Shown here piece by piece: positions 24,836 through 37,676 of a stretch of 64,000 nucleotides of DNA. Under the pieces are notes generated by a model, which searched no databases, was not told the DNA's origin, and saw only the letters and a list, made by a program, of their open reading frames with translations. Within the stretch, counting starts at the first letter, position 1; each line of letters opens with the position of its first letter. The position numbers and the translations under genes were made by a program. Source of the DNA: Octopus vulgaris (taxonomy: Eukaryota); the NCBI GenBank assembly GCA_951406725.2, contig OX597822.1, positions 58,466,001-58,530,000 of the forward strand. Reading direction: 5' to 3'.

Positions 24836-26030
24836 TTTTACTCTTCTGCTTGTTTCAGTCATTTGAATGCGGCCATCCTGGAGCACCGCCTTTAGTCGAG
24901 CAAATCGACCTCAGGACTTATTCTTTGTAAGCCTAGTACTTATTCTATCGGACTCTTGGATCTTTTCCCTTTGAACGGCACATGTCAACACAATTTCTAG
25001 TTAACTAAACACTTTTAAACTTCGTATACTGGTTGAATGTGTTTATAAAACATCATTTTTCTTGACTTTATTGAGAAAAGTCTTTAGTTTGTAAGATATT
25101 TCGTCTGAAATTTCGAACATTTCGGCAATTTTAACCAATCGCTGACCTCCATTTGTGTTGAAAACATTCCGTGCTGTATGAATATGTCCCTCGTTTAAGA
25201 AACAGATTGGATTTATTTACATTTGCGAAGAAAAAAGAAACCCTTCCCCCACCCCTAACCCTAACTCTAAAATAGATTGAAATGCAATAGATCGATACTA
25301 GGGTTATAATTATGGGTGACATTTTCATTTGACACCGCTAGAAAAAAATCGCATTTTCCGTAGCGGTGTCGTATGAAATTGTCACCCATAATTATAATCC
25401 TAGTATCGATCTATTGCATTTCAATCTATTTTAGATTTAGGGTTAGAGTTAGGGTTAGGGTTAGGGTTAGGGGAAGGGTATCTTTTTTTCTTCGCAAATG
25501 TAAATAAACCCAATCTGTTTCTTAAACGAGGGACATATTCATACAGCACGGAATGCTTTCACCCCAAATGAAGGTCAGCAATTGGTTAAAATTGCCGAAA
25601 TGCTTGAAATTAAAGTGGAAATGTATTACAACATATAGAATTTTCTCAATAAAGCCAAGAAAAAATGATGTTTTATAAACACATTCTACCAGTATACGAA
25701 GTTTAAAAGTGTTTAGTTAAGTAGAAATTGTGTTGACATGTGCCGTTCAAAAGGAAAAGATCCGGTCTCTTGTGCCGAACCGCTAAGTTACGGGGACGTA
25801 AACACAAGCATCGGTTGTCAAGCGATGTTGGGGGACAAACACACACACATATATATACATACATACGACCGTCTTCTTTCAGTTTCCGTCTACCAAATCC
25901 GCTCACAAGGCTTTGGTCGGCCCGAGGCTATAGTAGAAGACACCTGCCCAAGGTGCCACGCAGTGGGACTGAACTCGGAACCATGTGGTTGGTAAGCAAG
26001 CTACTTGCCACACCGCCACTCCTGCGCCTA
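24836..26030 (-). mobile_element. SINE family A interrupted by 806-bp MITE
   Basis: SINE sequence continuous across the insertion (tattctatcgg.ctctt | gtgccgaaccgctaag). Confidence 0.88.
24958..25763. mobile_element. 806-bp palindromic GGATC-family MITE with 8-bp TSD
   Basis: Inverted ~390-bp arms centred near 25350; TSD GGACTCTT (24950-24957) / GGTCTCTT (25764-25771); TTAGGG repeats. Confidence 0.92.
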
Positions 26031-26039
26031 TAGGCCATT

Positions 26040-26086
<47 letters not shown>

Positions 26087-26154
26087 ATTATATTATACAT
26101 GTTTAAATATAGGTATGCATAAATTATGCATATATATACACATATATGCACATA

Positions 26155-26268
26155 CATACACCCTTACATACATACACCCTTACATACATACACGCTTACA
26201 TACATACACGCTTACATACATACACGCTTACATACATACACCCTTACATACATACACCCTTACATACA
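26155..26268. repeat. 16-bp minisatellite (atacac[c/g]cttacatac), about 7 copies
   Basis: Directly visible; derived from (CATA)n. Confidence 0.85.
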
Positions 26269-27103
26269 TGCCACTAACTCTAAACACTGCGCACATATAT
26301 GTCCGGATCCCATAAATTAATTGTGACTCTTTTTCCTTTGACTTTATTACCGGCCACCATAAGTTAATTGCGACTTCTTTTCCTGACTTTTTTCCTAGTC
26401 AAAATTGTGACTTTATTACTCTGACTTTTTCCCCTGTGACTTTTATTACCAGTCATCTCACAAATACCCTGTTGATATCGGTGAAATTCCAATGGGGATA
26501 TTGGTGAAATTCCTTTAATCTAAGTTAGAAACTGGCTCTTTCTCTGTTGGCAAGAAATCTTGAAATAAAACTGAATAATATACATACATGGTGGAAGTCA
26601 ACTCATGACCGATTAAGACCACTTGCTAAACGTCCAGAGAGTTCAAGAATTTCTTGTACCTGAATCCGTTTTTGAGTGGAGAAAATGATGCACCGCACTG
26701 AATCCATTTTTTTGGTTCAGTGAGCTGGTGGCACCACAGAGGCCGAAACGATCAGAAAGCAACTGTACTTCAGGATTTTTTTCTATAACAGTTTATTTTC
26801 TAGAAAGAACTAGGGGTTCTTCACTCCCATACTTTGGAATAAAGGATCACCTATAGCTGGGACCCTCGGAGGCGCTATTACTCCGGGTCAGAGAAGACCT
26901 GGGAACAATAGAGGCTAAGAAGTGATTCCACTCTCCTCATACATACATACATACATACATACATACATACATACATACATACATACATACATACATACAT
27001 ACATACATACATACATTCATACATACATTCATACATACATTCATACATTCATACATACATACATACATACATACATTCATACATACATACATACATACAT
27101 ACA

Positions 27104-27134
<31 letters not shown>

Positions 27135-27281
27135 CCTTTTATACATATTTGTATGAGAAAGAATAGAACTAGTTATTGACCTTTGTTATGTAAAAATAAC
27201 TGTTCACAAGTATATGAAGATAGTGTAAACTTATACATATCTATGTATTTGTGTGTATGTGTATGCTTGTGTATGAATGTT

Positions 27282-27341
<60 letters not shown>

Positions 27342-27809
27342 TCTATCATTAAATCTCTGTAATGTTTGTAATAAGAGACATGTCAAGTATATGTTAATGT
27401 ATATTTTAAATTATCTAAGTAATAATGTATATACACTGTCTCTGTTTCTCGATTTTCTCTCTCCCTCTATCTTTCATTATCACTAGCTAAACACTAGCTA
27501 AACGTTTCGTGGCAATTATCGTCTTTGTATTTTTAACGAACAAACCACAGTAGCTGATTGATCTTATATACTTCAACAAACTTCAAAGAAAACAACAAAA
27601 TTAAGCTAACGAGTCAATGGGCATGGATTGAGCTATATCAAATATGTATGGATGCACTGAATGACGTAGGCGAAAAAGGGTCTAAACGAACTGACATTTT
27701 CCTCTTTTCGAGAGAAAGGAAATAATATTTTAGCGACATTATTTAGTAACTTACAAAGAAAAGAGGAGATAATTTCAATGGATCGTGTATTAAGTTAAAA
27801 AAAACTTTT

Positions 27810-28150
27810 CAGGCGTCGCTGTGTGATAAGGAAGCTTGCTTCTTAACCACACAGTTCCGGGTACAGTCCCACTGCATAGAACCTTGGGCATATACATATA
27901 CCTACATATATATATAAGGCTTTATATATTACCTTATGCGTGTGTCTTTATGTATGTGTTTGTCCCCCTCCAACACTTGACAACTGGTGTTGACGTGTTT
28001 ACGCCCCCTTAACTTAGCGGTTTGGCAGAAAAGAGACTGATAGAATAAGTACTAGACTTTAAAAAAAAATAAGTCTTGGGGTCAGTTTCTTCGGCTAAAA
28101 TCCTTCCAGGCCGTGCCCCAGTAATGTTGCAGTCAAATAACTGAAACAAG
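27810..28150 (+). mobile_element. SINE family A, diverged
   Basis: Head and tail motifs recognisable. Confidence 0.7.
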
Positions 28151-28180
28151 TAAAAAATATATGAGCAATGCAATAATCTT

Positions 28181-28573
28181 GCAGGAGTGGCTGTGTGGTA
28201 AGTAGCTTGCTTACCAACCACATGGTTCCGGGTTCAGTCCCACTGCGTAGCATCTTGGGCAAGTGTCTTCTACTATATAGCCTTGGGCCGACCAAAGACT
28301 TGTGAGGGGATTTGGTAGATGGAAACTGAAAGAAGCCCGTCGTATATATGTATATATATATATGTGTGTGTTTGTGTCTATGTTTGTCCCCCAACATCAC
28401 TTGACAACCGATGCTGGTGTGTTTACGTCCTGTAACTTAGCGATTCTGCAAGAGAGACCGATAATAAGTACTAGGCTTACAAAAAATAAGTCCTGGGGTC
28501 GATTTGCTTGACTAAAGGCGGTGCTCCAACATGGCCATAGTCAAATGACCGAAACAAGTAAAAGAGTAAAAGA
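28181..28573 (+). mobile_element. SINE family A, full length
   Basis: gcaggagtggctgtgtggta A-box, gggttcagtcc B-box, cttgggcaagtgtcttc CORE-like segment, gtaaaaga tail. Confidence 0.92.
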
Positions 28574-28872
28574 TATTAATGAGCTTTTCAGAAAAGAACT
28601 GACGGGAAGCGATGGCATTTTTCCTGGCATTTTACCTGGAGTATACAAGTCAATTCCATTTCTTACCCTACTTTTTTTTTTTTTGTTAAGAGCCCTTTGA
28701 CTCTGCTAGTAATAAATCGTCTAATGATCGTGTGAATAAAGGACTATTCACCGAACGAAATTCTTATTGAACTGTAGTAATAATACAGTGGCTGATTGAT
28801 GCAATTTTGGGTTCAAATTTTGGCACAAGGCCAACAAGTTCGGGAGGGTAGGCAGCTTGATTGGATGGATGG

Positions 28873-28938
<66 letters not shown>

Positions 28939-28959
28939 ACTTATATGTGACGCCACTAC

Positions 28960-29120
28960 ACACTTTTTTCACTCCTTGTTTCTGTGTTTCTTTCTGTAGA
29001 ATAGCGTAGGCTCGAAACTCTTAAGACTTTTTCAATTCCCGAGCGTTATACTAATACATCTGTTTGTTTTCTACACCATCTGTCTTCGTCTTTTGTTTGT
29101 TTTTTTCGTGAATTCTCCCA
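28960..29120 (+). mobile_element. Penelope-like 3' fragment with degenerate hammerhead
   Basis: tcttt-CTGTAGA-a-tagc(gtag)gctc-GAAA-ctc-tt-aaga, T-rich tail, (TA)n. Confidence 0.5.
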
Positions 29121-29175
29121 ATATATATATATATATAATCAAAAATTGTGAAGCATGACTGTCACCACTACTATA

Positions 29176-29220
29176 TGAACCTGAAGATTGCATAATTTAA
29201 TGCATGAAAGTACTAGTTCA
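29176..29220 (+). ncRNA. Minimal type-I hammerhead ribozyme, canonical core
   Basis: tgaac-CTGAAGA-t-tgcat(aattta)atgca-t-GAAA-gtac-TA-gttca; inside a (TA)n-flanked ~210-bp fragment (29138-29348) with AATAAA. Confidence 0.8.
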
Positions 29221-29344
29221 ATCAGAATGAACATTTAACATTCTATTATTTTATTTTATTTTATTTTATTATATTATATTATAGTATATCATTATAAGAT
29301 TGTAAATAAAACGTGAAAATCAAACAAGGTTGGAATTCCTTTTA

Positions 29345-29403
<59 letters not shown>

Positions 29404-30120
29404 TCGGGCCGGCCCGAGGAAGACACTTGCCCAAGGTGCCACGCAGTGGGAATGAACCCAGAACCATGTGGTTGGTAAGCAAGCTACTTACCACACAGCC
29501 ACTCCTGCACCTTAAGTATATATGATTGCATATTTGAGCATGTATTTCAAATACACACACACATACACATATACACGCACAAACACTCACATACACATAC
29601 ACGCACGCACACACACACACACATTCACATATACACACACACACACATTCACATACACACACACACACACTCACATCACCACATCACACCATATGCACGC
29701 GCGTACACTCACGCAGCCACTCCCTATCGACAAGGAGTACATTGTCTACAGCCTGAAGATGTGGAAGGTTAAACCTGTCATATTGCTTGCTTTGAAAACT
29801 ATTTTAGATAAATAACTGACCGACCACGATTGTCCGACAATAACCATATTGACCGTCTATCTGCCCCTATTTTGGTTTCCTTTTTTCTTTTCTTCCTTGG
29901 AAAGTCCTTAGAAAATCAGTGATGTGGACTGGGTTGAATTGATTAAAAAAGCCCTTTTTTTCCCAATTTCCTCTCAGCTTGTTGCACCCTCTACCCGCAG
30001 TTATTATTAACATCTTTACGTACGCATATACAAACAAAAATGTATGTATGAGTGTGTCTATATATACTTAAATACACTCGTTATTGTTATTAAACGTATA
30101 TATCATTGTTTTAATATGTA

Positions 30121-30190
<70 letters not shown>

Positions 30191-30329
30191 TGTGCGTGTG
30201 TATCTTCTACTATAACCTCGAATCGACAAAAGCCTTACAAGTGGATTTGGTTGACGGAAACTGAAAGAAACTCGTCGTATACACACACATGCACATACAC
30301 ACAAATACACACACACACTTCAGGCGATT

Positions 30330-30490
30330 TCTTTTCTTTCTTTGGACTTTTCCCTATCTCCCTTACGACAGAGAGCTATGCTCGAAACGTCAAACACTTT
30401 CTCTTTTTACTGACCGTAAAACTAATTCCCTGTGCACGTCCTCTTGTCTGTTTTTGTTAAAGTTATTATTCATTCATTTGAATTGACTAT
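30330..30490 (+). mobile_element. Penelope-like 3' fragment with degenerate hammerhead
   Basis: gagc(tat)gctc-GAAA-cg-TC at 30373-30391; 5' core decayed. Confidence 0.5.
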
Positions 30491-31074
30491 ATACACGCGC
30501 GCGCACACACACACTTCTCTCTGTGTGTATATATGCATGGCTTTCTTTTTCTCTTTTTAATTTAAAGTTAATGTTAACTGGCCGTCAGCTTCATAAGCAT
30601 AGTTGTGAAGAACAGCGTCCTTTAAATCTTAAGACATCATTGCAAACTTCAATTGCCGCAGATATCACGATCATTTGTAATATATAAATTAAGGAGTTGC
30701 ACTCCCTCCCCAAGAACGAGTTAAGCCATACTATGTTCCAAGCGTGTTGGTATGTATCCTGTTACCCCAATAATAATAGGTGTGAAGCTGAAAGTGTGTG
30801 TATCCATGACGGCATACACGATTTCTTCTCAGCCAAAATTCCCCGAGAAAGCATTGTTTAATATGAGGCTCTGGCAAAATACGGTTCTTCAAGGTGTTGC
30901 ACTTTACGAGCGAACCCGCAACTTCATGCTTGCAAAGCGAAACTCTTCAGCGAACAGCAATATTTACACCTATTTGTGGAGTATTTTCACTTCTGAGAGG
31001 ATTCATCGTATTTTCCAATGATTTGAATACAGCAAAAACTTACATTATATGCCATCTGAAGGCGAGTTTGAACT

Positions 31075-31143
<69 letters not shown>

Positions 31144-31674
31144 TGTATGTATGTATGTATGTATGTATGTATGTATGTGTATATATATATATATATGTGT
31201 GTGTATTATATGTATATATATATATATGTATATATATGTGTGTGTGTGTGTGTGTATATGTGTCTGTGTATATATATATATATATATATAACGGCGTACG
31301 TACATTATGCTCACACACACACACGCACACATATGTATATATATATATATATATATATCTGTATATGTATATGGTTTACAAAAACCCACGTGAGTTCATT
31401 CCCATTGCGTAACACCTTGAATTAGTGTCTTCTGCTATGGCTCCGAGATGACCAATACTTTGTGAGTAAATTTCAGAAATGGAAAATGTTTAGAAGCTCA
31501 TTGTATATGTATGCGCTTGTGTTCGCTCTGCTCCCAATTGACAACTGGTATTGGTTTGTTTGTGGTCCAGTAGCTTAGCGGCTCCTCAAAATAGACTGAT
31601 TGAATAGATACCAGACTAAAAAAATTTTTAAATATTGGGGTTCGATTTGTTCAACTTAAACGTTTCAATATAAG

Positions 31675-31910
31675 ATGGCGAGCTGGCAGAAACGTTAGCA
31701 CGCCGGGCGAAATGCTTAGCGGCAGTTCGTTTGCCGCTACGTTCTGAGTTCAAATTCCGCCGAGGTCGACTTTGCCTTTCATCCTTTCAAAGTCGATTAA
31801 ATAAGTACCAGTTCCGCGCTGGGGTCGATGTAATCGACTTAATCCGTTTGTCTGTCCTAGTTTGTCCCCTCTGTCCTAGTTTGTCCCCTTGTGGGCAGTA
31901 AAGAAATAAG
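31675..31910 (+). mobile_element. SINE family B monomer
   Basis: Family B head, core and aaagaaataag tail. Confidence 0.88.
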
Positions 31911-32837
31911 ATAAGAATTTCCCCAAAATTGGTATCTCGTTCTCACCATTACTCTCATTCACAAAACGTGGAATGTGTGTGTATGTGTGTGTGCGCATAT
32001 GTGTGCATGTATATGTATGTATGTGCTTGTGCATGTATATGTAAGTATGTATACACGGATCTTACGTATCTACGTATGCGCCTTAAGTAACTACTATATA
32101 TGTGGGCGTGTGTCTGCGTTCGTGTGTGTGTGTGAGGTTGAGTGTGTGTGCGCGTGTGCGCGTATCATTGTTAGCATTTCTGACCCCATTCTATTCTCTC
32201 CATCCCATGTTTCTACTCTCCATCCCGATTAACCACTCCCTCATCTCTCCCACCTCTCCACTCCCACTCCATCACATACCACATCTCCTACTTCTACTCC
32301 AATCCCTTTCTTCCTCTGATATCCTTTCTTTCTTCTTTCCCTGATATCCTTTCTTTCTTCTTTCCATCCCACATCTCTGCTCCCCTCATCATCACCCTCC
32401 TCTCACCGTCATCCTCCTCCTTCCTCCTCTTCATTCAGTTCATTCTGTTGTTGTTGTTGTTATAGTTGTTGGTCTTTGTTGCCGTGCACTAAGCTACGAG
32501 GGATCTTTTCACTTGACCGTTTGGTATGTTGTACTATAGTGAGTGTATGTGTGTGTCTGTATGAGTGTGTATGTGTGAGAGACAGAGAAGGGGAATGAGA
32601 GAAGGGGAGTGGGAACGTCTTATCCCATCCCTCCGCCTACGACTGCATCTAAAGAACTTGCCTACAAGTAGAATATACTCTGGAGTCACTTGTATTGGTG
32701 CACAAACGCACACACGCATACACATAATACATACATACATACATACATACATACATACATACATACATACATACATACATACATACATACATACATACAT
32801 ACATACGTACGTACATACATACATACATACATACATA

Positions 32838-33720
32838 CTATAAACCAGACTAGCAACATCTCCATCAATGTCCCCTATGTCTGATGAGGAATGTTACAGG
32901 TATCTAGGGGTGGATGAAAACCTCTTACAATGGCACCTGTAACAAAGGACGTGTCTGTAACGAATATTACAGTCGAATAAAGAAAATTTGGACCTCAGAA
33001 CTCTCTGCATTCAATAAAACAGTGGCTCGCAACGTGTTTGTAGTGCCAGTACCCATACCAACATTTGGGCTGCTTGATTTGATGCATGATGAGATCCGAG
33101 CTGTTGATGTGAAAACCCGAAAATACTAACAAGCACACATAATTTCGACAGAAACAGTGATGTATGCTGCCTCTATCTAAAACGAAAACAAGACGGCAGA
33201 GGCTTAACATCCGTACAATATGCCTTTGAATGTTGTATCATATCCCCTCGGCAACATTTTTTACCACCAAGTGTCGAAGTGCATCCCCTGACCGATTTTG
33301 CATACATGAGGCTGATAACATCATAAGATTTGGAAGGGAGCTCCTTGAGCAAAATTCCTTGTCTGATAACCTAGAATACATGCCCGAAGAAATCGCACGA
33401 CTCTACTGCAACGTATCATCAGACGAAAGGATGGGCTTATATTAGCATAAGACTACGCATGGATATGTTTGTAGAAAACTCCGAGATGATAGTAACATTG
33501 ATCATGAAAGCAGTTTATCATGGACCAATAGCCAGATTACTACTTCCCACTTTGAAGGGTATGCATTTGCAGTTCAGGAACAGCAAATATCAACCAAATA
33601 ACTGATACGTAAAAGGGATAGAGATACAGGAAAAGCAGTAAAATGTGACAACCTATGCAGACTTTGACCGAAGATATCACCCACATCATAAGCAGTTGTC
33701 CGAAAATGCCATCATAACCT
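32838..33720 (+). pseudogene. Degenerate R4/Dong-clade LINE (RT end to zinc knuckle)
   Basis: YRYLGVDE, EYYSRIKKIWTSELSAFNK, DVKTRK, FEGYAFAVQEQQI, EDITHIISSCPK across frameshifts. Confidence 0.8.
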
Positions 33721-34446
33721 GGTGTAGAAAGAACATCATATACGTATGCTTCTGAACGAAGCGTTAGTCGCGTACCGAACAATAATTAAAAAAAATAAGA
33801 AGACAAAAGAATAAATGATTATCTTATACAATTCACTAGCTTACATTTCTTTCCATAAGATGCGATAAACTCATAGCTGAGTACTTTATAGATTCATCAG
33901 AGCCATAGACCTTTACTTGCTTTTTAGACATTGGATTGTAACTATGCCCTGGGTGCCGCCATGAAAAGCATTGCCGAACGAATAAGTTTTCAGTACTCAT
34001 TCTGACCCTTTTGTCGAACTGCTACATTACAAGAACATAGTCAAAACAACACCAGTTGTTAAGTAATGTGGAGACAAACATAAAGATACACACAGAGCGT
34101 ACGCACACGCGCGCGTGCTCATAGATGTATGTACGTAAGTATATGACGGATTTCTACACAGTTTCTGTCTTAACAAATTCACTGGCAAGGCATGCGTTAG
34201 TCGGACTGGGGCTATAGAAAGCACTTGTCCAATGCGCTGTACAGTGGGACTGAACCTGAAACTACGTAGTGAAGCGATCTCGTTGACCACACAGGCATAC
34301 TCGTACTACATATTTTGTATGCATGTTTATTACACACTCACACATGTATGTATATATTTATATACACACACAAACACACACACATGTATGTATATATTTA
34401 TATACACACACATGTATACACATAAATTACATACACACACACATAT

Positions 34447-34560
34447 ACTTTTTATTAAAGCTGCAATATTATCACAAAAGTTAAATATTTATCGCAGCTG
34501 TCCGACAAACGGGAACGTGAGACTGAGTAATAGTTCTGTGATAATAAACTCGGGGAACTG
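34447..34560 (+). mobile_element. Degenerate copy of the U4C-hammerhead Penelope-like family
   Basis: agctgt-ccgacaa-acg(ggaa)cgt-gaga-ctgag-ta-atagtt, preceded by an inverted taaagctgcaa segment as at 37013. Confidence 0.55.
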
Positions 34561-35214
34561 AAAATTACAAAAAAGAAGATGAAATAATAGGAAAAAATAA
34601 AAGAAATAAATGATAAAATGATAAAAATGAAAATGAGGCGCAATGCCCATTCGACCCCCGACATCGAGTGGTTACATTTAGACAGTTTTTCTCTTTTCAT
34701 AAAATGAACATATTATTGACAGTCCTCTTTTCTTTTTTTTTCTTTTTTTTCTTCCTTTTTCACTCAATTTACATAAGAATTTTTCAGTTTTTCCTTTTTC
34801 CAAATTAAAAGTTCTTCACACAACCAAAACCATTTCATCATTTTTACATTTCCAACAAATCCATCCATGAATCTCTCATACTTTTCCTCGGGTATTATAC
34901 ACACTGTAACTTAACTCCTTCAGTCTCACCCGTTCTTTCCATCTCTCAATCTCCTTCTTATCCCTCTCATACGGTATCCAGACACCCTTATAATAATACA
35001 GTCCTTCTGTTGATTTTTTCTCTCTCTCCCTTGCATGTTTTTGTCTTCAATTCTTTCCTTACCTCACAAAAAACTAATTTCAGCGTACTGAGCATGTTGA
35101 CCAGTATTTTGAGCATATCGAGTATGGACAAATCATATTTCGAATGCTCTTGTCTACTGCAACTGGCAGCGTATTGGAACCATTCCAGTCCGTCTGAACC
35201 AAGTCGTGTTGATG

Positions 35215-35430
35215 CTGATGAAGGACCTGAGCAATGGACAACTTCAACTCCCTAACGTTGCTCGACACAGAGTTCAAGATTTTGGCAAAGGTGGTTACCA
35301 AGAGGTTGGCACATCATATTGGCAATAAAATCAGGACGAACAAACTGGTGGAATTCTCGGCAGATCTATCCACGACATACGATATATCGTGGAGCGGACT
35401 GGCACAAGATCTGACTCTGATAGATCTTAA
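35215..35430 (+). pseudogene. Tx1/L1 reverse transcriptase fragment
   Basis: DNFNSLTLLDTEFKILAKVVTKRL matches the RPISLLNxDYKILAKVL RT motif. Confidence 0.7.
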
Positions 35431-35630
35431 ATAGGCCTAAAGTGCACCGGGAAAAATCCTTAACATTATATCGTCCGTTTTTACGTTCTGAGTCCAAATT
35501 CTGCCAAGATCGACTTTGTCTGTCATCCTTTCGGGGTCGATAAAATAAGTAGCACTTAAGTACTGACGTCGATGTAATCGGCTAGCTCTCTTCTCCAAAA
35601 TGTCAGGACTTGTGCCTATAGTCGAAAGGT

Positions 35631-35682
<52 letters not shown>

Positions 35683-36705
35683 CGTTATTATTATCGCTTT
35701 TCCTTTTGCCAGACATGCTTTCGCTCCGCTCTTAATATTTTGGATTTTTTACGAGGCGAAATAACGTGGAAAAATGTTTTTTAAAGGCACACTTTTAAAG
35801 GCATAAGGAGATGAGTTCGTTTTCCTTAATCTTTTGTGAAGTTATGGTAGTGGTGGTGGAGGTGGTGGTGGTGGTAGTGGTGGTGGGGTTCGGTAGTGTT
35901 GGTGCTGGTGCTAGTAGTGGTGCTGGTTTTAATTTGCAAAACAGACATTTTCTTCCACTTGTAATATAACAATATTGCTATTTAGTATAGAAACGTTTAC
36001 CAAAAGACAAACGAAAACGAACACGTATTTTTACGGATAATAAACAGAAAAGAAAAACAAATCCAATTACACGGTAGAGTATAGGTTTCACAACAAGAAA
36101 GAAGAGAACATTCTTCCAAATGATTTTAACAACACAATTAACAATAAGAGCACAACGCCCATAACTCACATATACCGGCTGTAGACATGAATTACTTCGT
36201 GGAGAAAGAGCCTTCTTGACAGAGCTCTGTGAAAAAGTACATCCAAATCTTTGTCCCTTATCGAACAGCATGAAAAAGTAATTGTTAATAGCTCTGGCCG
36301 ATATGTGTCACAGCATCACGTCCAATGTCCGAAGCAGAGCGTACAGAACAATGTGCAGTTTTTCGAAGCTGAAGGCGAGGCGAAAAATCAGTCCATAACT
36401 GCTCAAAGGTTCGTGTCTCAATTCTTAAACCGAAAACCACAGAGCCATTCCTTAGCTGTGTTCCAACATAGATGCAGGGAAAAAAAAGACTATTAGAATG
36501 ATAGTGTTAGGTAAAAATCCTGGCTATCACATGTGTGGAAGTTTCTGTCACTTGCACGTCTAGAGAACAATAGGTTAAACGAAACCATGCTCAGGGTTGC
36601 AGTTTTTCTATTCATCTCACGAAAATTAACAGATACGTATTATATTCCTCATTCTTTTACGTGTTCCGGTTATTTATATTTTACGTGTTCTTTTACGTGT
36701 TCCAG

Positions 36706-36741
<36 letters not shown>

Positions 36742-36957
36742 CGACTCCAGTCCTCATTTTAATATTTTGACCCGCGTCAGTTGCCTCTTGTTGCCAAAAG
36801 GCAAAATCATGGTGTCGTAAATAACTCAAACACACAGACACACACACACGTATATTCATGAATGTGTGTATATATATTCATGAATGTGTCTATATTAAAA
36901 CAAACAGACTTTTCTCCTTGGTACGAAAATGATGTTAGGCGGGCGTGATAAACGAAG

Positions 36958-37014
<57 letters not shown>

Positions 37015-37384
37015 TTTATGAATAAAGCTGCAAAGACATCACAAAAACGGTTACTCAGAGTTTCACGTTCCCATTCGCCGGACAGTTTTGGTTGAGAATG
37101 GAACAAAAACAACATTATATGCTTAAAATATACAATACAGTGACAGATACTCATTTGAAATCGGTTTTGTTTCGTTGGTCCTTTCAACTAACGGTCTTTT
37201 CGATAACCGGTTATATGAAATTAAAATGATCTTAAATCGTAATTTTAATTTTAATTTTATATAACCGGTTATTGAAAAGATCGTTAGTTAAAAGAACCAA
37301 TGTAACAAAACCAATTTCAAAAGTGTATCTATCAATGTATTGTATAGTTATACATATAACCTTATTTTTGTTCCATTATCGACC

Positions 37385-37555
37385 AAAACTGTCCGATGAA
37401 CAGGAACGTGAAACTCTGNNNNNNNNNNNNNNNNNNNNNNNNNNNNNNNNNNNNNNNNNNNNNNNNNNNNNNNNNNNNNNNNNNNNNNNNNNNNNNNNNN
37501 NNNNNNNNNNNNNNNNNNCGATGAACAGGAACGTGAAACTCTGAGTAACAGTTTT
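37385..37555 (+). ncRNA. Hammerhead ribozyme fold (U4C core), interrupted by N-gap
   Basis: After merging the 25-nt overlap across the gap: aaaactgt-CCGATGA-ac(aggaac)gt-GAAA-ctctgag-TA-acagtttt. Confidence 0.6.
37419..37518. other. Assembly gap (100 N)
   Basis: Run of N; flanks share cgatgaacaggaacgtgaaactctg. Confidence 0.98.
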
Positions 37556-37676
37556 TGTGAGTCTTTGCAGCTTTATTAATAAAGCATATTGCTCTACCTC
37601 CGGTATTCAAGTACTATTTTTTCCCACCTTGTTTCACATTTATAAGCTTACTCTGGTGTGTATATGTATATATATA

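Larger units (their letters stand above)
37013..37660 (+). mobile_element. Penelope-like 3' end with long inverted duplicate, spanning assembly gap
   Basis: About 210-bp diverged inverted arms around 37228-37243; (TA)n flanks; hammerhead fold in both arms. Confidence 0.65.

Noticed and set aside
29740-29880. Hammerhead candidates at 29753 (CTGAAGA), 36770-36830 and 58930
   Set aside because: Possibly decayed Penelope-like ends, but stems or core could not be completed convincingly
32881-32930. CTGATGA...GAAA hammerhead candidates at 32881 and 35216
   Set aside because: Lie in LINE coding remnants, with no stems I-III
35940-36500. Possible coding exon in unique sequence
   Set aside because: Short ORFs without recognisable domains or consistent splice sites
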